Of a stretch of 35,781 bases of DNA, positions 1-7,735 are shown in pieces. The notes under the pieces are model-generated. The model had not been told where the DNA came from. It searched no databases and saw only the letters and a program-made list of their open reading frames with translations. Numbering within the stretch: the first letter of the stretch is position 1; each line of letters starts with the position of its first letter. Position numbers and translations under genes: made by a program. The DNA lies in sequence record DRR723986_2438. One strand, written 5' to 3'.

Positions 1-23
1 TCACTGCGCCATACACAGTGGGC

Positions 24-32
24 GTTGTGCTT
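24..32 (+). repeat. attC-like R' core (GTTGTGCTT), right end of an element running off the window
   Basis: GTTGTGCTT at 24-32 is the exact reverse complement of AAGCACAAC at 971-979, on the other side of the DUF6090-like gene. Confidence 0.55.
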
Positions 33-42
33 CATTATGACC

Positions 43-143
43 AATCACTGACCAGTGATTAAATTCTTTCGATTATCGAAACTAAATTTTGCGAAGCAAA
101 ATCAAATGTCCGGTGGACATTTGGCTGAGATAGCCGCTAGCGG
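43..143. repeat. Cluster of six short inverted repeats (REP/MITE-like)
   Basis: AATCACTG-ac-CAGTGATT (43-60), TTTCGAT-t-ATCGAAA (67-81), ATTTTGC-gaa-GCAAAAT (86-102), CAAATGTCC-ggt-GGACATTTG (103-123), GGCT-gagat-AGCC (123-135), CCGCTAGCGG (134-143). Confidence 0.6.
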
Positions 144-163
144 AATAATTAAAAACACTTTCC

Positions 164-835
164 ATGATTAAGTTCTTTAGACACATACGCAAGCAATTAC
201 TCACAGAAAACAAAACTGGTAAGTATTTTAAATATGCCATCGGTGAAATCACCCTTGTTGTAATTGAAATTTTAATTGCTCTTGGAATAAATAATTGGAA
301 TGAGAATAGAAAATATAAAAGTATAGAGAAGGATTTACTTAATACTATAACTGAAAACTTGAAGTTAGATTCTTTATCATTTAGTAAAAACCTTCGCAGG
401 TTGGGAACTATAGATAGCTTGCATAACCAGCTTTACAATATTGGCGTACTTGGAGCAACTGACATAGAAATAAAACATCCAAGTGCTATAAGGTCCATAA
501 TACTATATGCGCCAATTGGAAAAGAGAATGATCCGTTTGTTGCAGATAAAATAAAGAATACTAAAGTACGACAGGAAATTATTAAATACTTTATAAGTGT
601 AGATAACATTGATGAGTCTTTAGACCAACTAAAAGAAATAGTTGGAAATCAAATACGAGGTTATTTGCGTCAAAAGGAAGCTCACAATTTGTCCTTTACT
701 TTCGGAAACAATGGCGAAACTGTAAATAAAACATTGCTTATCGAAATATCAAAAGAACCACAATTTCAACAATTGCTATTTGAATCAAACATAAAAACAA
801 AAGAAGTTGCTTATTTCATTTACCTTGCTTTGTAG
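164..835 (+). CDS. DUF6090-like membrane-anchored protein, possibly truncated by a premature TAG
   Basis: N-terminus MIKFFRHIRKQLL..KYFKYAIGEI.LVVI.ILIAL.INNWNE is typical of this Flavobacteriaceae family; frame stays open past TAG 833-835 to TAA 887-889. Confidence 0.7.
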   Translation: MIKFFRHIRKQLLTENKTGKYFKYAIGEITLVVIEILIALGINNWNENRKYKSIEKDLLNTITENLKLDSLSFSKNLRRLGTIDSLHNQLYNIGVLGATDIEIKHPSAIRSIILYAPIGKENDPFVADKIKNTKVRQEIIKYFISVDNIDESLDQLKEIVGNQIRGYLRQKEAHNLSFTFGNNGETVNKTLLIEISKEPQFQQLLFESNIKTKEVAYFIYLAL

Positions 836-970
836 CAGAATTCCATTCTGCAAAATGTTATTCGTAGAGAAATTATGAATAACTATTAAAATGACGAAAC
901 CATAACTGGTTAGATATAAAGGATTTATTACTATAAAAATAACGAAATTGAAGAACAAAAAAAATAGCTA

Positions 971-1020
971 AAGCACAACAATGTATAACCGCAACTGACG
1001 GTTATACGAGACCGTTGTTT
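971..1020 (+). repeat. Compact attC-like site
   Basis: GCACAAC (973-979) ... GTATAACCG-caactga-CGGTTATAC (983-1007) ... GTTGTTT (1014-1020): AAC/GTT ends around an inner hairpin. Confidence 0.55.
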
Positions 1021-1228
1021 TTAATTATAACTCACCACCAACCAATGATAAAATACTTTAGGAGAATATAGTAAAAATATATATTAAGGATTTTAAAAGA
1101 GAAATTAGTTCTGATATTTTGGCTTTGTATAAGAAAATATCAAGCAATAAAAGATTGATTCTAAATGTAAATTCGATACTAACCACTCTCGCTACTAAAA
1201 ATAAACTCACTAAAGAGGAAAACCAGCC

Positions 1229-2452
1229 CTACTCCTCTCGTAATAAACTTGATATAAAATGCTCAAAATCTGTCGTAAATTCAGTATACTTTTCACCTGT
1301 TGCAGGTCCATTAAAGCCTGTATGTATTTTTCTAACTTGTCCAGATTTATCTATAAAAATTGATGTTGGATAAGATAAAACATGGTTGAGCATTGGCAAT
1401 TTTTCTTGTGCTTTTTCCTTATCAGAACCACCATACTGTGCTAGAAGAATTGGATATTCTATGTTTAGTTTATCTCGTAATCTAGCGATTCTATTAAATG
1501 CCACCTCTTCTGTTTTAGCATACTCAAAAGCTAAGGCTATAATTTCAAATCCCTTATCTTTATTAGCCTCATAGAATTTGGTATAATATTTACTTTCATC
1601 AAGGCAGTTTGGACACCACGTGCCCATTATTTGTACCACTATAACTTTGTTATTAAATCGTTCATCATTTAAGGACACCTTAGTACCATTTTCATCAGCA
1701 AAAGAAAACGTGAAACTGTCATATCCTTTTTTTAAATATGTAAGATCTTCCGCACTTGGTAATTCGTATTTAGGATTACGTTTAGCAACAAAAGGTTCTT
1801 TCCAATGGTTACCAGAATAGAACATACCTTCTAGGGTAGAATCTGATACTTTCGCTGTAAATAAAAAAGCGTGTGCACCATCAAAGGTTGACAGCTTCAT
1901 TTCATCACCTTCCATAACACCTTCGAGATAACGATAATCACCAGTAGTAGTTCTAAATGTACCTGTAACTTTACCTCCTACCTGTTTAAAAATTCCTTTT
2001 GCAATATATTCGTCCTCTGCAATGCCTTTACTAAAAACTGTTTCCCAGACTCCAGAAACATCTTTAGTTGGCTCATTTTGAGGACTAAATCTATTATTTT
2101 CGTGCCCTTCAGCTCTAAAAGGAACCCTTCTATCTCTATCAGGACTTATGTAATATCCATTCAAAATTTCCTCATTACTTATTTTTGCAACAATAAACTC
2201 TTCAAATACAGGTAAGTAGATGTAAACGGAATCATTTTCATATGTAACCTCATTTACCTCAATAACTTCTTCAGCATTAAATATTTTGAGTTTGTCTTTA
2301 GATTCTACTTCAAAAACAAAAGGTATGTTTTGCTCATCTTGTATGGGCAACCAAGCTTTGTAAGTCCCTGGTTCTAAGTATTTATTTTTTACTTCATTTT
2401 TACAGGAAAAAAGGGTGATAACTACTATTATACAAGACAAAAAATATCTCAT
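1229..2452 (-). CDS. TlpA/peroxiredoxin-family disulfide reductase lipoprotein
   Basis: C-terminal thioredoxin fold with WCPNC and YPTSIFIDKSG; start moved to ATG 2452 because MRYFLSCIIVVITLFSC is a lipoprotein signal peptide. Confidence 0.85.
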   Translation of the reverse strand: MRYFLSCIIVVITLFSCKNEVKNKYLEPGTYKAWLPIQDEQNIPFVFEVESKDKLKIFNAEEVIEVNEVTYENDSVYIYLPVFEEFIVAKISNEEILNGYYISPDRDRRVPFRAEGHENNRFSPQNEPTKDVSGVWETVFSKGIAEDEYIAKGIFKQVGGKVTGTFRTTTGDYRYLEGVMEGDEMKLSTFDGAHAFLFTAKVSDSTLEGMFYSGNHWKEPFVAKRNPKYELPSAEDLTYLKKGYDSFTFSFADENGTKVSLNDERFNNKVIVVQIMGTWCPNCLDESKYYTKFYEANKDKGFEIIALAFEYAKTEEVAFNRIARLRDKLNIEYPILLAQYGGSDKEKAQEKLPMLNHVLSYPTSIFIDKSGQVRKIHTGFNGPATGEKYTEFTTDFEHFISSLLREE

Positions 2453-2542
2453 GGCTTTTAATGGTTTTAATATTATTCGAAATAACAATAATATCCTTAC
2501 ATAAAAAAGCATATTCAAATTTCATTAGCGTACAAGTATTAT

Positions 2543-2550
2543 TATCTTTG
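2543..2550 (+). promoter_or_regulatory. Bacteroidota -7 element for pheT
   Basis: TATCTTTG matches TAnnTTTG, 21 nt upstream of the ATG. Confidence 0.65.
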
Positions 2551-2571
2551 TGCCTTCATTAAATTAACCGC

Positions 2572-4998
2572 ATGAAGATTTCATACAACTGGCTAAAACA
2601 GTTTATAAAGGTAGATTGGGACGCTGAGAAAACTGCTGAATTACTCACCGATCTTGGCCTTGAAATAGAGGGAATAGAACGCTACGAATCTGTAAAAGGT
2701 GGCTTAGAAGGTATTGTTGTTGGCGAAGTATTAACTTGCGAGCAGCACCCAAATGCAGACCGATTAAAGGTAACGACAGTTAATATAGGTGGTGATGCAC
2801 CTTTACAAATTGTATGTGGTGCTCCTAATGTAGCGAAGGGTCAAAAAGTACCAGTAGCAACGATTGGTGCGACTTTATACACTGCTGAAGGCGAAGCTTG
2901 GAAAATAAAGAAAGGTAAAATCCGTGGTGAAGAAAGTCACGGAATGATTTGTGCCGAAAATGAGTTAGGCCTTGGTGAATCTCATGACGGCATTATGATT
3001 TTAGATGCAGATTTAAAAGTTGGCACTGCTGCTGCAGAGATTTTTGATATTGAGAATGATGATGTTTTTGAGATAGGATTAACGCCGAACCGCGCTGATG
3101 CAATGAGTCATCATGGTGTTGCACGCGATTTAAAAGCAGGCCTAATACAAAAAGAGGTTGCTTTAGAATTAATTACACCTTCTGTAAGTGCGTTTCATGT
3201 AGATGCCAGATCCTTAAAAGTAGATGTAGAAGTTAAGGATAAAGAAAAGTGTCCTAGATATTGTGGTGTCACAATTTCTGGAGTAAAAGTTGAGGCATCT
3301 CCAAGCTGGTTACAACACCGTTTAAAATCTATTGGCTTATCTCCAATAAATAACATTGTAGATATTACTAATTATGTACTACATGAATTAGGTCAGCCTC
3401 TACATGCTTTTGATGCGAATAAAATTTCAGGCAATAAAATTGAAGTTAAGACCTGTAAGGCAGGTACTAAATTCACAACGTTAGATGAAGGAGTTCGCGA
3501 ATTGCACAAAGATGATTTAATGATTTGTGATGCTAAAAAACCACTGTGTATAGCAGGTGTATTTGGTGGCATAGATTCCGGAGTTACAGAAGGTACAACA
3601 AATATATTTTTAGAAAGTGCCTATTTTAATCCGGTTACAGTCAGAAAAACGGCAAAACGTCATGGTTTAAATACAGATGCCTCATTTAGATTTGAGCGTG
3701 GTATTGACCCTAATATTACGGAGTATGCACTTAAGCGTGCTGCACTTTTAATAACTGAAATTGCTGGTGGTGAAATAACTAGTGATGTTTCTGATGCTTA
3801 CCCAAATAAGATTGAAGATTTTCAGGTACGGTTGAGTTTTGATAATGCTAAGAAGTTGATTGGGGAAGAGATCCCAAGAGAAACTATAAAAAGCATTTTA
3901 ACATCTTTAGATATTAAAGTTAATAATGTTACTGAGGCCGGATTAGGCTTAACAGTTCCAGCCTATCGTAATGATGTACAACGTGAAGCAGATATAATAG
4001 AGGAAATACTAAGAGTATATGGTTATAATAATGTTGGCACTACCGAAAAGCTAAACGCTTCAATCTCAAACTCTTCACGATTTGAGGACTATAAATTACA
4101 AAACGTTATTGGCAACCAATTAGCTGCTCAAGGATTTTTTGAAATTATGGCTAATTCCTTAACTACACCAAAATATGTTGAGTTAAGTGACCAACTAAAT
4201 TCAGATCATAATGTATTAATTATCAATCCTTTGAGTAATGACCTAGAAGCAATGCGTCAATCGTTACTTTTTTCTGGATTAGAAGCTGTTTCTCACAATA
4301 TCAACCGTAAGCGAAATGACTTAAAACTCTTTGAATTTGGTAAAACATATCATCAGTATTCCGAAGAGCGCGAAGAACATAAACATTTATCATTATTTGT
4401 AACAGGTAATAAAAATGAAGAACGCTGGAATTCTTCGGCTACACCTAGTGATTTTTTCTATTTAAAGGGCACCATTGAAACCATTTTAGAACGCTTAGGT
4501 TTAAACCGCTTAAAGTCTGCTCCTACCAAGTCTGATGTTGTTAGTGAAGGAATGAGTCTTTCTTTAGGTAAGAAAAAATTAGTCGACTTTGGATTGGTGA
4601 AAAAATCGATACTGAAGCATTTTGGAATTTCCCAAATTGTTTTGTTTGCAGATTTTAACTGGGACAATGTTTTAGAAATGGCAAAGCATAATAAAATTAA
4701 ATTCACAGCAATTCCTAAATATCCAGAAGTACGAAGGGATTTTGCATTATTATTAGACAATGCTGTGTCTTTTGATGAAATCTATACAATCGCCAAACAG
4801 ACTGAAAAGCAACTGCTTAAAAATGTGAACTTATTTGATGTTTATGAAGGTAAAAAATTACCTGCAGGCAAAAAGAGCTATGCAGTAAGTTTTACATTAC
4901 AAGACGAAAACAAAACATTGACAGATAAGCAGATTGATAAGATAATGTCCAAGTTACAATCTAATTTTGAAACTAAGCTTGGTGCGGAATTGAGATAG
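2572..4998 (+). CDS. pheT: Phenylalanine--tRNA ligase beta subunit
   Basis: 808 aa; MKISYNWLK start, HPNADRL, IVCGAPNV, LTPNRAD, ASFRFERG, C-terminal FDX-ACB (RDFALL..FDVYEG..KKSYA). Confidence 0.98.
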   Translation: MKISYNWLKQFIKVDWDAEKTAELLTDLGLEIEGIERYESVKGGLEGIVVGEVLTCEQHPNADRLKVTTVNIGGDAPLQIVCGAPNVAKGQKVPVATIGATLYTAEGEAWKIKKGKIRGEESHGMICAENELGLGESHDGIMILDADLKVGTAAAEIFDIENDDVFEIGLTPNRADAMSHHGVARDLKAGLIQKEVALELITPSVSAFHVDARSLKVDVEVKDKEKCPRYCGVTISGVKVEASPSWLQHRLKSIGLSPINNIVDITNYVLHELGQPLHAFDANKISGNKIEVKTCKAGTKFTTLDEGVRELHKDDLMICDAKKPLCIAGVFGGIDSGVTEGTTNIFLESAYFNPVTVRKTAKRHGLNTDASFRFERGIDPNITEYALKRAALLITEIAGGEITSDVSDAYPNKIEDFQVRLSFDNAKKLIGEEIPRETIKSILTSLDIKVNNVTEAGLGLTVPAYRNDVQREADIIEEILRVYGYNNVGTTEKLNASISNSSRFEDYKLQNVIGNQLAAQGFFEIMANSLTTPKYVELSDQLNSDHNVLIINPLSNDLEAMRQSLLFSGLEAVSHNINRKRNDLKLFEFGKTYHQYSEEREEHKHLSLFVTGNKNEERWNSSATPSDFFYLKGTIETILERLGLNRLKSAPTKSDVVSEGMSLSLGKKKLVDFGLVKKSILKHFGISQIVLFADFNWDNVLEMAKHNKIKFTAIPKYPEVRRDFALLLDNAVSFDEIYTIAKQTEKQLLKNVNLFDVYEGKKLPAGKKSYAVSFTLQDENKTLTDKQIDKIMSKLQSNFETKLGAELR

Positions 4999-5025
4999 AT
5001 TAAATTATTCTAATAAAAATTTAGG

Positions 5026-5727
5026 TTAGGATTGGTCCCATTTTAACTCAAATGATTTAAAGCTAGTTATTATATAAGCAATCAGTGCATATAAAAACAC
5101 GACAGATCCTGACATTTCAAGTAATTCTTCAACGGTATAAATTAAAGCATACTCAATATTATTTTCACCATGGACTTCCGCATGCATACCACTTAATGCT
5201 TCCATAACAACTGCACCAGAAATAAATAATACCGCAGCCAGAATAAACAACTTAAGAATTGGCTTTGGTAAACGCATCAAAAATTTAAAATAGGCAACAG
5301 CTACAATTATTGTAGCTAATATGTAAGGAATAAACCACGCGAAATATAATATTCCCGAGGTATTAAAAAGTGCCTCCATTGGTCCTCTTAACTGCTCATG
5401 TATCTGAATCATTTCATCTAGAGACAAAAAGATAAAAATTATTGCCATACCATACCAATGCCAAAATTTCATACCAATTGCTCTGTACCTGCAACCTATT
5501 AAGGCTAATAAAACTCCATTTAGCAAAAGAATTAACGAAGAAAAATAAGTGGGCAAGTTTGCTTCTAGATTAAAGTCAAAAAGCTTGATAAATAATCGCG
5601 TCGTTTTAACTTCCATTCCAGCTGAATAGAACCGTAAATATAGTCCTACCAAATTACCTATTAATAAAAATACTATTGCAATAAAAAGATTACGTAAAAT
5701 CCTAGTTCTATTTAAACTAAACTTCAT
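5026..5727 (-). CDS. Integral membrane protein of unknown function (~6-7 TM)
   Basis: Hydrophobic segments with conserved-looking EANLPT, SLDE..QIHE and EELLEM motifs; -7 element TACATTTG at 5806-5799. Confidence 0.75.
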   Translation of the reverse strand: MKFSLNRTRILRNLFIAIVFLLIGNLVGLYLRFYSAGMEVKTTRLFIKLFDFNLEANLPTYFSSLILLLNGVLLALIGCRYRAIGMKFWHWYGMAIIFIFLSLDEMIQIHEQLRGPMEALFNTSGILYFAWFIPYILATIIVAVAYFKFLMRLPKPILKLFILAAVLFISGAVVMEALSGMHAEVHGENNIEYALIYTVEELLEMSGSVVFLYALIAYIITSFKSFELKWDQS

Positions 5728-5988
5728 TTAGGAAATTATAACAAGACAACGTAAGGGTATTATTGCCTGAGATTGATTATCAATTGATTCGCTATTGGCA
5801 AATGTAAGATTAAAATTTAATTAGACTAAAGATTACTTCTCAATTTCTAAAATTTTCGATTAAAAGAAAAAATTCGTTTGTAAAACACACTTCAATATGC
5901 TACAAAATAATTGTTATAAACATTATCATTTATTTAATATATGATGGACTAATTATTTTTAAATTTATGCACTCAAATATATATCAAT

Positions 5989-6489
5989 ATGGCAAATGTA
6001 ACATTAGGTGGTACACCTGTAGAAACCAGTGGCAACTTACCATCTGTAGGCAGTAAGGCACAAGATTTTAAATTAACTGACATAGAATTAAAAAACAAAA
6101 CAAATTTAGATTTCAATGGATCTAGATTAGTATTAAATATTTTCCCAAGTGTAGATACAGGTACTTGTGCTCAATCTATTAGAACATTTAATGAAAAAGC
6201 TAGCGCATTAGACAACACTAAAGTTTTATGTATTTCTAAAGATTTACCTTTTGCAATGGCAAGATTTTGTGGTGCTGAGGGAATTGAAAATGTTGTTAGC
6301 CTTTCAGATTATAAAACTGGTGATTTTGGTAATGACTACGGCTTAACATTTACTACAGGCGCTTTTGAAACACTTTTATCGCGTTGCATAGTGGTTATTG
6401 ATACAGATGGTACTGTTTTACATACTGAACAAGTAGGTGAAATTGCAGATGAACCTAATTATGATGCTGCTTTAGCTAGTCTATCTTAA
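5989..6489 (+). CDS. tpx: Thiol peroxidase (atypical 2-Cys peroxiredoxin)
   Basis: LNIFPSVDTGTCA, ISKDLPFAMARFCGAEG, EPNYDAAL. Confidence 0.96.
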   Translation: MANVTLGGTPVETSGNLPSVGSKAQDFKLTDIELKNKTNLDFNGSRLVLNIFPSVDTGTCAQSIRTFNEKASALDNTKVLCISKDLPFAMARFCGAEGIENVVSLSDYKTGDFGNDYGLTFTTGAFETLLSRCIVVIDTDGTVLHTEQVGEIADEPNYDAALASLS

Positions 6490-6492
6490 TTG

Positions 6493-6864
6493 ATGCACAA
6501 CGACAAAGATTCATTTATTATTAATCGACTTAAAAGTGTTGGCTATGCCTTCAAAGGTATGCTCATACTTATTAAGACAGAAGCCAGTATTAAAATTCAG
6601 GTTGTAATCGCTATTGTAGTAACTATTGCAGGTTTTTATTACGATATATCCAACACCGAATGGATTGTTCAAATTGCAATGATTGGCTTGGTGATGAGTA
6701 TAGAAGGAGTGAACACAGCAATTGAATATATTGCAGATTTTATTCATCCAGATCATCATCCCAAAATAGGTTTAATAAAAGATATTGCTGCAGGAGCAGT
6801 ATTTATTGCATCTGTAGTTGCGGTAATAATTGCCGCCATTATTTATTTTCCTAAACTTTTTTGA
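6493..6864 (+). CDS. dgkA: Diacylglycerol/undecaprenol kinase (prokaryotic DAGK family)
   Basis: YAFKG, EGVNTAIE, KDIAAGAV motifs; three TM helices. Confidence 0.9.
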   Translation: MHNDKDSFIINRLKSVGYAFKGMLILIKTEASIKIQVVIAIVVTIAGFYYDISNTEWIVQIAMIGLVMSIEGVNTAIEYIADFIHPDHHPKIGLIKDIAAGAVFIASVVAVIIAAIIYFPKLF

Positions 6865-6941
6865 TACCAAAACAATAAGACTAAACGTTACATATGTGTA
6901 TTTTTGTTTAACACATAAATAAGTAGCACACTATACAAAGG

Positions 6942-7706
6942 ATGAAGTTTTTAGTTGCCCTATATTCTTGTTTGATTTTTAGTATTTACCACACTTTAAA
7001 ATTTGAGGTTGAGGCTAATAACAATAATTTCAATGATATTTTAAGAGACTTGAATATTGAAAACGAAACGCTTTCCAAAGCGTTTGTTTTAGGTAAATTC
7101 AATTACAAAAAAGATTCAACCTTTGTAAAAATTGATGCAATCTATACGACTAAGACAATTTATCTAAAAAAGGAGGTTGCTAGAGCATTTATTGCCATGT
7201 CTGACGCAGCAAAAAATGATTTTATTGAATTAAAAATTTTATCTGGCACTCGTAATTATTATGAACAAAAAGCCATCTGGGAACGCAAATGGTCTAGATA
7301 TGAAACTTTAGATAAAATTAATAAAGCAAAAAAAATATTAGAATATTCATCAATGCCAAGTTCATCGAGGCACCATTGGGGCACTGATATAGACTTAAAT
7401 AGTTTAAATAATTCGTATTTTAACACCGGAAAAGGCAAAGCCACCTATAATTGGCTAATAACGCATGCAAATCAATATGGATTTTATCAGGTTTATACCA
7501 GTAAATTAAACGGTAGAACAGGATATAATGAAGAGAAATGGCATTGGTCCTATTTACCATTAGCAAGTAAATATTTAAAATTTTATAATAAGAATGTTGA
7601 TGTTAGTGATATTAATGGATTTAAAGGCTCTGAGATGGCAGGTGAGCTTTCAATAATTGAGGATTTTGTTAATGGTATTTCACAAAAAGCAAAGCGTTAT
7701 AAATAA
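6942..7706 (+). CDS. M15 family D-Ala-D-Ala carboxypeptidase (VanY-like)
   Basis: SGTRNYYEQ, SRHHWGTDIDL and EKWHW zinc-binding motifs; N-terminal signal/anchor. Confidence 0.9.
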   Translation: MKFLVALYSCLIFSIYHTLKFEVEANNNNFNDILRDLNIENETLSKAFVLGKFNYKKDSTFVKIDAIYTTKTIYLKKEVARAFIAMSDAAKNDFIELKILSGTRNYYEQKAIWERKWSRYETLDKINKAKKILEYSSMPSSSRHHWGTDIDLNSLNNSYFNTGKGKATYNWLITHANQYGFYQVYTSKLNGRTGYNEEKWHWSYLPLASKYLKFYNKNVDVSDINGFKGSEMAGELSIIEDFVNGISQKAKRYK

Positions 7707-7735
7707 TAATTGATTTTCGTTATTTCGAAAGATTT

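Noticed and set aside
1021-1228. AT-rich gap after the attC-like site as a further cassette
   Set aside because: No convincing ORF or closing AAC site; may be decayed sequence but I cannot support it
1119-1820. Plus-strand ORFs 1119-1373, 1386-1574 and 1620-1820
   Set aside because: Antisense shadows of the TlpA-like gene with no recognisable motifs
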